The notes: generated by a model from the sequence alone, not told the origin. A stretch of 60,321 bases of DNA from Pyrinomonadales bacterium (GCA_038256005.1 JBBSKW010000001.1:1-60321); one strand, 5' to 3'; counted from the stretch's first letter, positions 19,849 to 28,265 are shown. Numbers and translations: made by a program.

Positions 19849-20711
19849 AGAATTTATTCGCTTTATTTGTATTTGCGATATCGCTGAGTGTTCCCGCTTT
19901 CGGACAAGTGACACTTCCGCCGGTGAGCCAAAAACAGGAGATCGCTCAGACGATCGGAGACACGTCGATCAAGATCGTTTACCATCGCCCAACCGTGCAA
20001 GGCCGAAAGATCTGGGACGGTTTGGTTCCTTATGGTGAAGTATGGCGTTCGGGCGCGAATGCGGCCACCGTGTTCGAAGTTTCGAAGGATGTGACGATCA
20101 ACGGTAAAGCTCTTCCGGCCGGGAAATATTCTCTGCATACAATTCCGACCGCGACCGATTGGACCGTGATCCTGAATAAAGACGACGGACAGTGGGGCAG
20201 TTTCTCCTACGATGCCGCGAAAGATGCTGTTCGCGTTCCCTCAACACCAGTTAAAGGCACGTTCAACGAAGCGGTGACTTACTCATTCATTAACCCGAAA
20301 GCGGATAGTGTTGACATTCATCTCGCTTGGGAAAATCTGGCGGTACCGTTCACGGTTGGCATCGGGGACATTCACGGTCGGACGCTTGGACAAATTCGAG
20401 AAGCTCTGGCTGTTGCTGCTGCTGACAAGAAAACACCACTCCTCAACCAGTTTGCGGGTTATGTCGCTAGCTTCAAGTTGAAGCAGCATTTGGCTGAGGC
20501 AATGACGAGCATCGATACCTCGATCGCGGCCCGTGAAACCTTCGGAAATCTTTCGACTAAGGCACGCCTCTTGGCCGAACAAGGTAAAGTCGCCGAAGCA
20601 ATAACAACGGGTGAAAAGGCGATCGCAACCGGAAAGGCCGCAACTCCGCCGGCAAATCCGAATGCTGTAGCTAACTTCCAGAAAACTGTGGACGAATGGA
20701 AGCGAATGTAA
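19845..20711 (+). CDS. DUF2911 domain-containing secreted protein
   Basis: It has a signal peptide followed by IKIVYHRPTVQGRKIWDGLVPYGEVWRSGANAATVFEVSKDVTINGKALPAGKYSLHTIP, the characteristic DUF2911 core. It overlaps the upstream gene by 4 nt. Confidence 0.7.
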   Translation: MKNLFALFVFAISLSVPAFGQVTLPPVSQKQEIAQTIGDTSIKIVYHRPTVQGRKIWDGLVPYGEVWRSGANAATVFEVSKDVTINGKALPAGKYSLHTIPTATDWTVILNKDDGQWGSFSYDAAKDAVRVPSTPVKGTFNEAVTYSFINPKADSVDIHLAWENLAVPFTVGIGDIHGRTLGQIREALAVAAADKKTPLLNQFAGYVASFKLKQHLAEAMTSIDTSIAARETFGNLSTKARLLAEQGKVAEAITTGEKAIATGKAATPPANPNAVANFQKTVDEWKRM

Positions 20712-20740
20712 TTGAACATTTTACGTAAAGTCGCTCTTGC

Positions 20741-20778
20741 GGCAGATGGTTTTATTGACATCTGCCTTTTTTTTTTTT
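20741..20778 (+). terminator. Rho-independent terminator
   Basis: GGCAGATG-10 nt-CATCTGCC followed by a run of 12 T. Confidence 0.8.
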
Positions 20779-20877
20779 AAGCTGTCAGTGCGTCTAAAAT
20801 TAATCATAATGCATTCGTTAATGTGAATGACAGTTTTCCTTTTTCCCAAATAGATTGAATAAGTCAAGGAGTTCAAA

Positions 20878-21525
20878 GTGAAACAACTACAGTGGTTTAC
20901 CATCTTTTCCGCACTCATCGTCGTCGGCATTGCCGGTATCCTATTAGGAACTTACAGCACAAATACTTCAGTCGCGCAAACTTCGTCTGAAGTGAAGAGT
21001 GATGACCAAATAGTTGAAACTAAAAAGAGGTTTCCAATTATCGGCGAAAATGGACGCTTTGAATTGGATCTCTCTAGTTTGACCCAGAGTGATGGTGATT
21101 GGGTGGTCGGAGTTCGCAGGGCGCCTGAAGGAAACAATAGCTTTATTGAAGCCGCAAGAATCTTTTGGCAAGAAGATAAGACTTTTGGTCAGGTTCCGGC
21201 CCGAATAGAATCACTTGATTTGAAAACGATGTCGCTTTCAAACGGAAAAGTAATTTTGGGAATGTCGAATCAGGTTTCGAAATCGAGCGTAGCGATTCTT
21301 GTTGAAATCAGTGCTGGCAATGAACTGACTATCCGTGGGAGTGACGGGGTGACCACAAATATCTCAGGGGATGAGCAGACGATTGCGAATGGCATCGCGA
21401 CCTCAGAAGCTCCAAAGGGAATGCATAGTCTGTTTGGAAAACTTTCGAGTCTCAAGTCGGCAAACTTCTATGAGCAGAAAGGCGAGGCTTTAGTAAATAT
21501 CAAAAAGGTTAAAATAAATGAATGA
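20878..21525 (+). CDS. Hypothetical membrane-anchored protein, partner of the Cys-rich peptide
   Basis: 215 aa with a GTG start 6 nt after AAGGAG. It has one N-terminal TM helix (WFTIFSALIVVGIAGILLGTY) and a soluble S/T/N-rich domain. The DNA is AT-rich. Confidence 0.55.
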   Translation: MKQLQWFTIFSALIVVGIAGILLGTYSTNTSVAQTSSEVKSDDQIVETKKRFPIIGENGRFELDLSSLTQSDGDWVVGVRRAPEGNNSFIEAARIFWQEDKTFGQVPARIESLDLKTMSLSNGKVILGMSNQVSKSSVAILVEISAGNELTIRGSDGVTTNISGDEQTIANGIATSEAPKGMHSLFGKLSSLKSANFYEQKGEALVNIKKVKINE

Positions 21526-21781
21526 AAGGTTAATTCTTGGTCTAACGTTTCCTCTCGTTTTTTCGATTTGTCTTATCCTAGGCGCCGCCTCTGGCTCTAA
21601 GGTTTCTGCCCAACAAGGCTGTACGTCAACTTCGTATGAGGAAACTAGCGGCGGTTGTTGGAATAATGAAATCGTTTCGGTATGTGGTGGGATCACATGT
21701 ACTGCGACGCAAGGATACTGTTCTGACGAAAACGGCCCCTATGTTTATTGGCGAACTACCCCGGCTTGTACAAACGTCTAA
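21518..21781 (+). CDS. Small secreted cysteine-rich peptide with 6 Cys in about 55 mature residues
   Basis: 87 aa. The signal peptide ends in VSA-QQ. The mature part is GCTSTSYEETSGGCWNNEIVSVCGGITCTATQGYCSDENGPYVYWRTTPACTNV. Its start overlaps the upstream stop by 8 nt (ATGAATGA). Confidence 0.6.
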   Translation: MNERLILGLTFPLVFSICLILGAASGSKVSAQQGCTSTSYEETSGGCWNNEIVSVCGGITCTATQGYCSDENGPYVYWRTTPACTNV

Positions 21782-21830
21782 ACCGTAGAGGCTTGCAAAC
21801 TTCGATTTAACGTTTCTCGTTATCGAGACT

Positions 21831-21880
21831 ATCATCCCGTCAGATTGGAAGAAATCGGATTTGACGGGATGATCTTTTTG
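21831..21880 (+). terminator. Rho-independent terminator
   Basis: ATCATCCCGTCA-17 nt-TGACGGGATGAT followed by CTTTTTGTC. Confidence 0.65.
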
Positions 21881-21923
21881 TCTTATTATTCTTATTGAAA
21901 TTGATTTTCATTTTCTTATAGAG

Positions 21924-22199
21924 ATGCAAAACAACACAGCCCTCAAATTCGCACCGGTTTTTTCAGACGAAAAGCGCGTTGATCTTTCGATCGAGAATGG
22001 CGAGGCTCGCCTTCAGCTTTCAACGTGGACTGAGGGCCTTGGCTGGTGCACGCAAAAGTCGATGCAGCTCGATGCGGAGATGCTTGATGAAGTTCATCGC
22101 GTTATTTCTGCCGCTCGGCTGAAGATCAAGCGAGATACAGCGGATGCCGCATCTGGTAACTTATCGGCCAACGTATTGGAATTTCCGAAGTTCGCTTAA
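21924..22199 (+). CDS. Hypothetical protein
   Basis: A 91-aa ORF bounded by terminators on both sides, with no recognisable motif. Confidence 0.45.
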   Translation: MQNNTALKFAPVFSDEKRVDLSIENGEARLQLSTWTEGLGWCTQKSMQLDAEMLDEVHRVISAARLKIKRDTADAASGNLSANVLEFPKFA

Positions 22200-22214
22200 T
22201 ATTTGTAAGAGCCT

Positions 22215-22252
22215 AAAAAAGAAAGGCCCGGAATTGCTCCGGGCTTTTTTTA
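22215..22252. terminator. Bidirectional rho-independent terminator
   Basis: An A-tract, then GCCCGGA-ATTGC-TCCGGGC, then a T-tract. It lies between convergent genes. Confidence 0.7.
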
Positions 22253-22287
22253 TTATGGGGGCTGGCATTAGCCGCAACTTCTACCCG

Positions 22288-22749
22288 TTAACTTACTTCG
22301 CGAAGAACGATGCGATCGGTCGTGACTTTTGCCGTACGCTCAGATGTGAGCTTTTCAAGCTCTTCAATGTGCATTTGCTCATCCGATATTTGGCCCTCTA
22401 GCCAGAATTTCTGTGGCAGATCGTTGTCATCGCAAGATGCCCAGGCAGACATGTAAACGGCCATCGCTTCCCTTTCGAGCTCGAGACCTTGCTGGAGCAT
22501 TTCGTCAATCTCCGTCGATTGGCGAATCATCGCGGGCTCAACGGTTGGAACGCCGCCGAGAGCGACGATCTTGTCACCCAACACTTCTGCGTGGTCCTGC
22601 GCTTCTTCGGCCTGGTCACGAAACCAACCTTTGAAAACCTCACGGTCTTTGCCAGTTACGAGATAACTGTGTTGCGAATACTGGATAACACCGGCGAGTT
22701 CTAACGACAGTGCTTTGTTGAGATTTTCGACTAATTCTGCTCGAGCCAT
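22288..22749 (-). CDS. Bacterioferritin-like (ferritin-like four-helix bundle) protein
   Basis: 153 aa. LNKALSLELAGVIQYSQHSY...EEAQDHAEVLGDKIVALGG...ELEREAMAVY...DEQMHIEELEKL aligns with Bfr di-iron ligand blocks (E, ExxH, E, ExxH). Confidence 0.7.
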   Translation of the reverse strand: MARAELVENLNKALSLELAGVIQYSQHSYLVTGKDREVFKGWFRDQAEEAQDHAEVLGDKIVALGGVPTVEPAMIRQSTEIDEMLQQGLELEREAMAVYMSAWASCDDNDLPQKFWLEGQISDEQMHIEELEKLTSERTAKVTTDRIVLREVS

Positions 22750-22874
22750 AATATTCCTCCGCGGCCAAGAACGACCGGATTCTTAAACAATACCTATGGA
22801 GACCTAAAATGTCAAGCTAAGTGCTTTGTTTTCAAGTATTTAATAATGAAATGCAATTTCAGTTTCAGTCAACT

Positions 22875-22948
22875 GAGTTCCAAGTTCAATGTTCCAAATT
22901 CAAAGTCTAAGGCCGCACCCCCAACCTTGAACCTGGAACTTGAAACAC
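22875..22948. repeat. GTTCAA/GTTCCA-unit palindromic intergenic element, second copy
   Basis: The left arm is GTTCCAAGTTCAATGTTCCAAATTCAAAG. The right arm is CCTTGAACCTGGAACTTGAAAC, an imperfect reverse complement matching about 17 of 22 positions. They flank a C-rich loop. The units are the same as in the atpD-atpC spacer element. Confidence 0.45.
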
Positions 22949-22957
22949 TAACTGAGC

Positions 22958-23743
22958 TTAGGTGATCGTTCCGCCATCAACAGTTATGACTTCACCGTTC
23001 ATATAGGAATTGCGTGGGCTAACGATGAACGCAGCAAACTCCGCAAGTTCTTTGGGTTCGCCAAGACGCTTCAGCGAGACCCAGTTCTCGTGGGCCTCTA
23101 AAAGCCGTTCGGGCAAGGTGTTACCGAGATCCGTATCAAAAATTCCGGCTGCGATCGCATTTACCGTGATGCCGAAATTCGCGGCTTCGCGGGAAAGGCA
23201 TTTCGTAAAACCGATCATCGCGGCTTTGGACGTAGCGTAGTGAACGGAGGTCGGAAGTGCTCTAATGGCACCGATGCTAGTGATGTTTAATATGGTTCCG
23301 CCGCGCTCCCGGATCATCTGTTTATAGAAAGGCTTTGTTACTGCAAAAAGGCTGTTTACATTCGTATCGACGACCCAGTCCCAGCTTTTATCGGTTGTTG
23401 TAGCGAAGTTATCGGGTTTATTCACGGCGGCGTTATTGACAAGGATATCGACCGCTCCCCAAGCTTCCCGGATCTCGCGAGCAATGTGCTTCATCCCAAA
23501 GCGGTCGGTCACCGACACCTTATAGGCCAAAGCCTTCCGACCAAAACCTTCAATTATCGACTTCACGTTTTCGGCGAGGTCGTCGTTGCTGTGATAGTTA
23601 AAAGCAACATCGGCGCCTTCGCGGGCGAAGACTTCGCAAATGGCTGCGCCGATCCCACGCGTGCCGCCCGACACAAAAGCCCGTTTCCCTTCCAATAAAA
23701 GACTCAAATCAAATTCTCCAGTTCGGTCCGAATCCAACTGCAA
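22958..23743 (-). CDS. Short-chain dehydrogenase/reductase (FabG-like)
   Basis: 261 aa with VSGGTRGIGAAI (TGxxxGxG), NNAA and YATSKAA (YxxxK). Confidence 0.85.
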   Translation of the reverse strand: MQLDSDRTGEFDLSLLLEGKRAFVSGGTRGIGAAICEVFAREGADVAFNYHSNDDLAENVKSIIEGFGRKALAYKVSVTDRFGMKHIAREIREAWGAVDILVNNAAVNKPDNFATTTDKSWDWVVDTNVNSLFAVTKPFYKQMIRERGGTILNITSIGAIRALPTSVHYATSKAAMIGFTKCLSREAANFGITVNAIAAGIFDTDLGNTLPERLLEAHENWVSLKRLGEPKELAEFAAFIVSPRNSYMNGEVITVDGGTIT

Positions 23744-23800
23744 TACAAAAGGTTAATTAAATAGTATGCGACTGACAAGTTGTTGGGGATACAAATCAGC

Positions 23801-24982
23801 TCAAGCGGCGAGAATCTTAGCTTTTGGAGCATGGTGAGCCGGGAGCAACGCGGTTATCTCTTTAATGATGGCCTCGGTCGAATTTGGGACAGACATAGTT
23901 GCCGTTGCGGCACGCAACGCACGGTACTTTTGGGGATCATCAGAAAGCGAACGAACGGTCGCGACAATGTCAGATGATTTCTCAAGCATGATGCCGGCAC
24001 CACGGCTTTGCAGCAGTTTTACCGTTCCCGCTTCCTGCGGCATTGGAGGAGTTGTCAGATCTGCGATGATTGGCAAATGGCAAGCAAGGGCCTCGAAGGT
24101 TGTAAGCCCGCCAAGCTTTGAAACCATCACGTTCGCCGACTGCATTAACTTTTCTATGTCGTCCGAATAGCCGATGACCTTAACCGGAAACTTTGCGGTC
24201 TTAGCGATCTCAACCGCCTCGAGCCTAAGCTCTTCGTTCTTACCTGCTAGAAAGATCGCCTGAATGTCCAGTTCGCCGCGAACAAGTTCCTTGAAGATCG
24301 CCGGGATATTACCGCCCCCAACCCAGCCCGCGTTTACGAAAACAGTAAACTTATCCGGATCGAGGCCGAAAGCTTTTCGCGCGGTCTGAGCATCCGCTTC
24401 GCTAACCTCTCGAAATTTGGGATCAAGCGGCAAGCCCGAGATCTTTATCTTGTCGGAAGACACGCCGTAATCGATAAGCTGTTGCCGTGCGTCGTCGTTT
24501 GCTACCAAATATAACGACACATCATCACATGCCCAGCCCTTCCAGAATCCATAGCACGGATCAGTGACGACCGTAACTAGCGGAATCTGATCCTGTAACT
24601 TTAACTCGCGAAGAATACGGCCAAAGATGTGCTGTGTTAGAGGATGAACGCTTACAACTATATGCGGACACCATTTTTCGAACGATGCCTTGAGCGGAAC
24701 AATGCACCGGTTGAGGAAAAATCTGTGGGTCTCCGGCCGGAACCAGTTCACCGCCCAATAGAGATATTTCATCCAGCCCTGCTTATTTCGCAGCAGCCAG
24801 TTGTAAACACTTACAAGCTTTTCGGTGATGTGATGCGAATCTTCGATCGCTTTGATTATCCGAACTGTGATCGATTCACCATGCCAAAATCTTTGAAGCC
24901 CGACGGCCAACGCCTGAGCGGCAGACCGATGCCCGCCGCCAGTATCGGATGAGATGATCAGGATTTTGGGCGTATTCGGCAT
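23801..24982 (-). CDS. GT28-type glycosyltransferase (MGDG synthase/UgtP-like diacylglycerol glycosyltransferase)
   Basis: 393 aa. ILIISSDTGGGHRSAAQAL is the hallmark N-terminus of the MGDG-synthase family. A C-terminal Glyco_trans-28-like region is present. Confidence 0.8.
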   Translation of the reverse strand: MPNTPKILIISSDTGGGHRSAAQALAVGLQRFWHGESITVRIIKAIEDSHHITEKLVSVYNWLLRNKQGWMKYLYWAVNWFRPETHRFFLNRCIVPLKASFEKWCPHIVVSVHPLTQHIFGRILRELKLQDQIPLVTVVTDPCYGFWKGWACDDVSLYLVANDDARQQLIDYGVSSDKIKISGLPLDPKFREVSEADAQTARKAFGLDPDKFTVFVNAGWVGGGNIPAIFKELVRGELDIQAIFLAGKNEELRLEAVEIAKTAKFPVKVIGYSDDIEKLMQSANVMVSKLGGLTTFEALACHLPIIADLTTPPMPQEAGTVKLLQSRGAGIMLEKSSDIVATVRSLSDDPQKYRALRAATATMSVPNSTEAIIKEITALLPAHHAPKAKILAA

Positions 24983-24997
24983 TCTTGAGACGAACTT

Positions 24998-26167
24998 CTA
25001 GGCCTTTAACGCGACTTCCCTTGCCGCTGCGAAGCTCATATCCTTCGCGGCTTTCTTCATCTGGCCTTCAAGCTTCTTGATCTTCAGCAAATGGCCCGGA
25101 TTGAATGGAAGCGACGGATAGTAGCAATTTGACTCGTGCGTACAATGGCAACCGTTACCTGCTTCCTTGCGGCGTTCCTTCATCATGTCGGTCTTCCACG
25201 CGGCCTGGAAATTCCAATCGTAATCGCGAAGGTTCAGAACGTCCGGTTTATTCTCACACGATGAAAGCACACCATTATCATAAATAACCGCACCGGCACT
25301 ACCGGCGTAACACTTCAACTGTGCCTTGTTTTCTTCTTTTGTTTTGGCGATCAGATCGTGCATGTATAAATCGACCGCGGCCTTGAAGAAGCCCGATTTA
25401 CCACCGTAGTTATTTTTCAGGGCAGCATTCTTCGTGTCGTCCAAGATCATCTGTGAAAGCTGGCCATAACGATTATGGTCAAAGTTCAATTCATTCGGAT
25501 CCGCTGATGGTGGACGGATGTAGTTAATATTTACCTTGTCCGGCTTAAGGTCATTTTTCAGAAAATCATACCAATCGAAGATAGTGTCTTCGTTCGAACG
25601 CATAACGCAAGTACACGTCTGAATATCCAACTGGGGATATTGCTCACGTTTCATTTGCTGAAGCGTCCGTGCAGTGTGGATCGCCTTGTCCCAGCTTCCC
25701 TCTTTACGCCGGATCTTCTCGTGTGCGTCCTTCATTCCGTCGATACCAAGTGCGACGGTGACGTTCAGATTCGGACATTCGTCAAGTATCTGCGTAACAT
25801 CCTGGAAGATCCGCTGATGGATTTGGCCGTTAGACATCAGATAAACAGAGTCGAGCTTGTTGTTTTCGTAAAACGACCTTACGATCTGTGGAAGATCTTT
25901 CCTAGTAAAAGGTTCGCCGCCAGCTAGAACAAGCACACCAAGATTACCGCCGAGCGTTTCCGAGATCTTTGCGATCTCATCGGCCTTCATTTGCAGCTTT
26001 TTGCGCGGCCGGTCATCAAGCTCTTCGGTAAAAAAGCAATGTGTGCAGCGCATGTCGCAAACGCTTGTTACTAAAATGTTTAGAAACACGGGCGAGATCG
26101 GCTTGCCGACAATAATGCTGGCATATCGTTTGAATATCTCGCGAGTTGTAAAGTCCATGAAATCCAT
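24998..26167 (-). CDS. Radical SAM enzyme with a C-terminal Cys-rich (SPASM/twitch-like) region
   Basis: 389 aa with a CxxxCxxC cluster (VCDMRCTHC) and GGEP. The C-terminus has C-x17-C ... CxC-x5-C (KCYAGSAGAVIYDNGVLSSC ... GCHCTHESNC). Its stop lies 15 nt upstream of the glycosyltransferase start. Confidence 0.85.
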   Translation of the reverse strand: MDFMDFTTREIFKRYASIIVGKPISPVFLNILVTSVCDMRCTHCFFTEELDDRPRKKLQMKADEIAKISETLGGNLGVLVLAGGEPFTRKDLPQIVRSFYENNKLDSVYLMSNGQIHQRIFQDVTQILDECPNLNVTVALGIDGMKDAHEKIRRKEGSWDKAIHTARTLQQMKREQYPQLDIQTCTCVMRSNEDTIFDWYDFLKNDLKPDKVNINYIRPPSADPNELNFDHNRYGQLSQMILDDTKNAALKNNYGGKSGFFKAAVDLYMHDLIAKTKEENKAQLKCYAGSAGAVIYDNGVLSSCENKPDVLNLRDYDWNFQAAWKTDMMKERRKEAGNGCHCTHESNCYYPSLPFNPGHLLKIKKLEGQMKKAAKDMSFAAAREVALKA

Positions 26168-26286
26168 TGTTTTTCCCTATCGCTCTTTTGTAGCATTTTC
26201 TTTGATGCAAAAACACGCCGCAACATTTCAATTTACTTTATTTGCTACAGTTTCAGCAACGCAGAATAACGGTTAGAATCAAGTTT

Positions 26287-27492
26287 ATGTTCCGCCGAAT
26301 ATACCTAGACAACAGCGCGACAACCGCCATCGACCCGGAAGTTCTCGAGTCGATGATGCCCTACTTGACGGGTAAATTCGGCAATGCGTCGAGCATTCAT
26401 CATTTCGGCCAGGAAACCCGTTCAGCGGTCGATAAAGCTCGGCACCAGGTCGCGGCCTTATTGAACGCCCGCCCAAATGAGGTCGTCTTTACATCCGGCG
26501 GCACCGAATCGAACAATCTGGCGATACGCGGCTTGATCGAACGGAACGCTGACGCCCTCGTCCGCAACTCCTCGACCATCCCGCATATCATCACTAGCGC
26601 GATCGAGCACTCGGCCGTCAAAGAGGTCTGTGCTGATCTCGAAAAATCGGGTTGCGAGGTTACTGATCTACCGGTTTATGAAAACGGTTTGGTGAAGATC
26701 GATGACGTTAGAAATGCCGTGCGTGAGAATACGGTTTTTATTACGATAATGGTCGCCAACAACGAGATCGGGACCTTGCAGCCGGTTGGCGAGATTGGAA
26801 AGTTAGTTCGCTCACTGCGCTCGGACGGCCAAAAGGTCTGGTTTCACACTGACGCGGTTCAGGCGGTCGGGAAAATGCGGGTTGATGTCGAAGCGATGGG
26901 ATGCGATCTGCTTTCGATCTCGGGTCACAAGATACACGCACCGAAAGGGATCGGTGCCTTGTACGTTCGCCGCGGAACGCGTCTACACGCACAAAATATT
27001 GGCGGTCGACAGGAACGAGGAATTCGCGGAGGCACCGAGCCGGTCGCGCAGATAGTTGCATTGGGAAAGGCCGCGGAACTTGCGGGATCACGATTGAATG
27101 AAGATCCGGTGAATCTTCGGGCTTTTCGTGACGATCTGGAACAGCGTGTTTTTGAGAATATCGAGGGAGCGACCCTTAACGGCGATCGCGAGATCCGTCT
27201 GCCAAATATCTCGAATATCTCGTTCAGCGGCGTCGAAGGCGAAGGTCTGCTGATCAATCTTGATATGCAAGGCATCGCCGTTTCGACCGGTTCCGCCTGC
27301 TCGTCCGGCTCCCTCGAACCCTCGCCTGTTATCCGTGCAATCAGCAATGACAACGAAGACCGTGCCCGCGGGGCCATTCGCTTTAGCTTAGGGAAAGATA
27401 ATACAGCAGAAGACATCGACCGCCTGATCGAGATCCTTCCGGCTTCCATAAGTACTTTGCGGAGACTGTCACCGGCAATTACAAGGCAATAA
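26287..27492 (+). CDS. Cysteine desulfurase (NifS/IscS class)
   Basis: Contains IYLDNSATT, the PLP lysine motif SGHKIHAPKGIGALYVR and the active-site loop STGSACSSG. I prefer the ATG at 26287 over the track start at 26242. Confidence 0.9.
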   Translation: MFRRIYLDNSATTAIDPEVLESMMPYLTGKFGNASSIHHFGQETRSAVDKARHQVAALLNARPNEVVFTSGGTESNNLAIRGLIERNADALVRNSSTIPHIITSAIEHSAVKEVCADLEKSGCEVTDLPVYENGLVKIDDVRNAVRENTVFITIMVANNEIGTLQPVGEIGKLVRSLRSDGQKVWFHTDAVQAVGKMRVDVEAMGCDLLSISGHKIHAPKGIGALYVRRGTRLHAQNIGGRQERGIRGGTEPVAQIVALGKAAELAGSRLNEDPVNLRAFRDDLEQRVFENIEGATLNGDREIRLPNISNISFSGVEGEGLLINLDMQGIAVSTGSACSSGSLEPSPVIRAISNDNEDRARGAIRFSLGKDNTAEDIDRLIEILPASISTLRRLSPAITRQ

Positions 27493-27498
27493 TGTAAA

Positions 27499-27525
27499 AC
27501 AGCCCATCGATGATCGACGGGCTGT
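27499..27525. terminator. Hairpin between convergent genes, possibly a terminator without a T-tract
   Basis: ACAGCCCATCGA-TGA-TCGACGGGCTGT, a 12-bp stem with one mismatch. Confidence 0.35.
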
Positions 27526-27559
27526 CCGGTGTGGGATCGAAGGTTTTTATCAAATTTTA

Positions 27560-27832
27560 CTAATCGTTGATTAGGATACCGCAGTTCACGGGGGCAGAAT
27601 CCTTCAAATCATTGATAAGGATTCCGACGAGATCGTTGATCAGTATGCCGACTAGGTCATTGATCAGGATTCCCCAATCCTTTTTATCTTCATTCGTTGA
27701 GCATGTTTCAGTATTCTTGAAACCTGAACCGTTACGGTCATTGATCAGAATTCCAGCGTTTGCCACCGTGGAACCCATTGCGATCATCATTGTGAGTGCG
27801 ATCGCGGCGACTTTGTTTTTTAGGTTTTTCAT
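27560..27832 (-). CDS. Secreted repeat protein/precursor carrying five GILIND hexapeptide units, an unrecognised family
   Basis: 90 aa. GGAG lies 10 nt upstream of the ATG. The signal peptide is MKNLKNKVAAIALTMMIAMGSTVANA. The rest is GILIND-RNGSGFKNTETCSTNEDKKDW-GILIND-LV-GILIND-LV-GILIND-LKDSAPVNC-GILIND-stop. I checked this by hand translation. Confidence 0.75.
   Translation of the reverse strand: MKNLKNKVAAIALTMMIAMGSTVANAGILINDRNGSGFKNTETCSTNEDKKDWGILINDLVGILINDLVGILINDLKDSAPVNCGILIND
27563..27754 (-). repeat. Five in-frame 18-nt units, each encoding GILIND with different synonymous codons
   Basis: The units are at 27737..27754, 27656..27673, 27632..27649, 27608..27625 and 27563..27580. 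Their codons are gga att ctg atc aat gac; gga atc ctg atc aat gac; ggc ata ctg atc aac gat; gga atc ctt atc aat gat; ggt atc cta atc aac gat. Confidence 0.85.
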
Positions 27833-28073
27833 TTCTTCAGTTCTCCAGTATTTTGATCGAAGTTCTAAGCTTCGTGATGCAATCTCTAATTCAATACATG
27901 TGCCACAATCTGAAAGACTAAATTCGCTCTCTCTAAGTCTCCTATTTTCAATACTTTACATCGTAGGAAAGGTCGATCTTTCTTCTTCTCTCGAAGATAC
28001 ATGGGGTGCGTATTAAGTATTCACTTTTCCTGCCTACGCCGCTAAAGCCAGTAAACTGTGTGAGTTACGCCAC

Positions 28074-28090
28074 TGGATAGTTACTATCCA
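28074..28090. promoter_or_regulatory. Perfect palindrome TGGATAG-TTA-CTATCCA in the divergent intergenic region, a candidate operator
   Basis: A 7-bp perfect inverted repeat with a 3-nt spacer. It sits inside the 433-bp AT-rich spacer between the GILIND gene and the GGDEF-EAL gene. Confidence 0.25.
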
Positions 28091-28265
28091 TCTTAAATGT
28101 ATACGGAGTAGCCAGTTGTAGCGATCCTTGTTCGATTTTCCTAGCTTTTTGGGGAAGTAAGATGGTAGACTTTTATTCGCGCGGATAGTGTCAGCAATCT
28201 GCTCAAGTCTCGTACCCACACTTCATAAATTGCAGGCCCAAACTAAACAAGCATCCATAGCGAAT

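Noticed and set aside
27563-27754. Five 18-nt near-repeats that could be read as a mini CRISPR-like or tandem DNA repeat array
   Set aside because: All the units are in one reading frame of a well-formed signal-peptide ORF. The spacers are 63, 6, 6 and 27 nt, far too short and irregular for CRISPR. The differences between units are confined to synonymous positions. This is a coding peptide repeat, not a DNA-level array.
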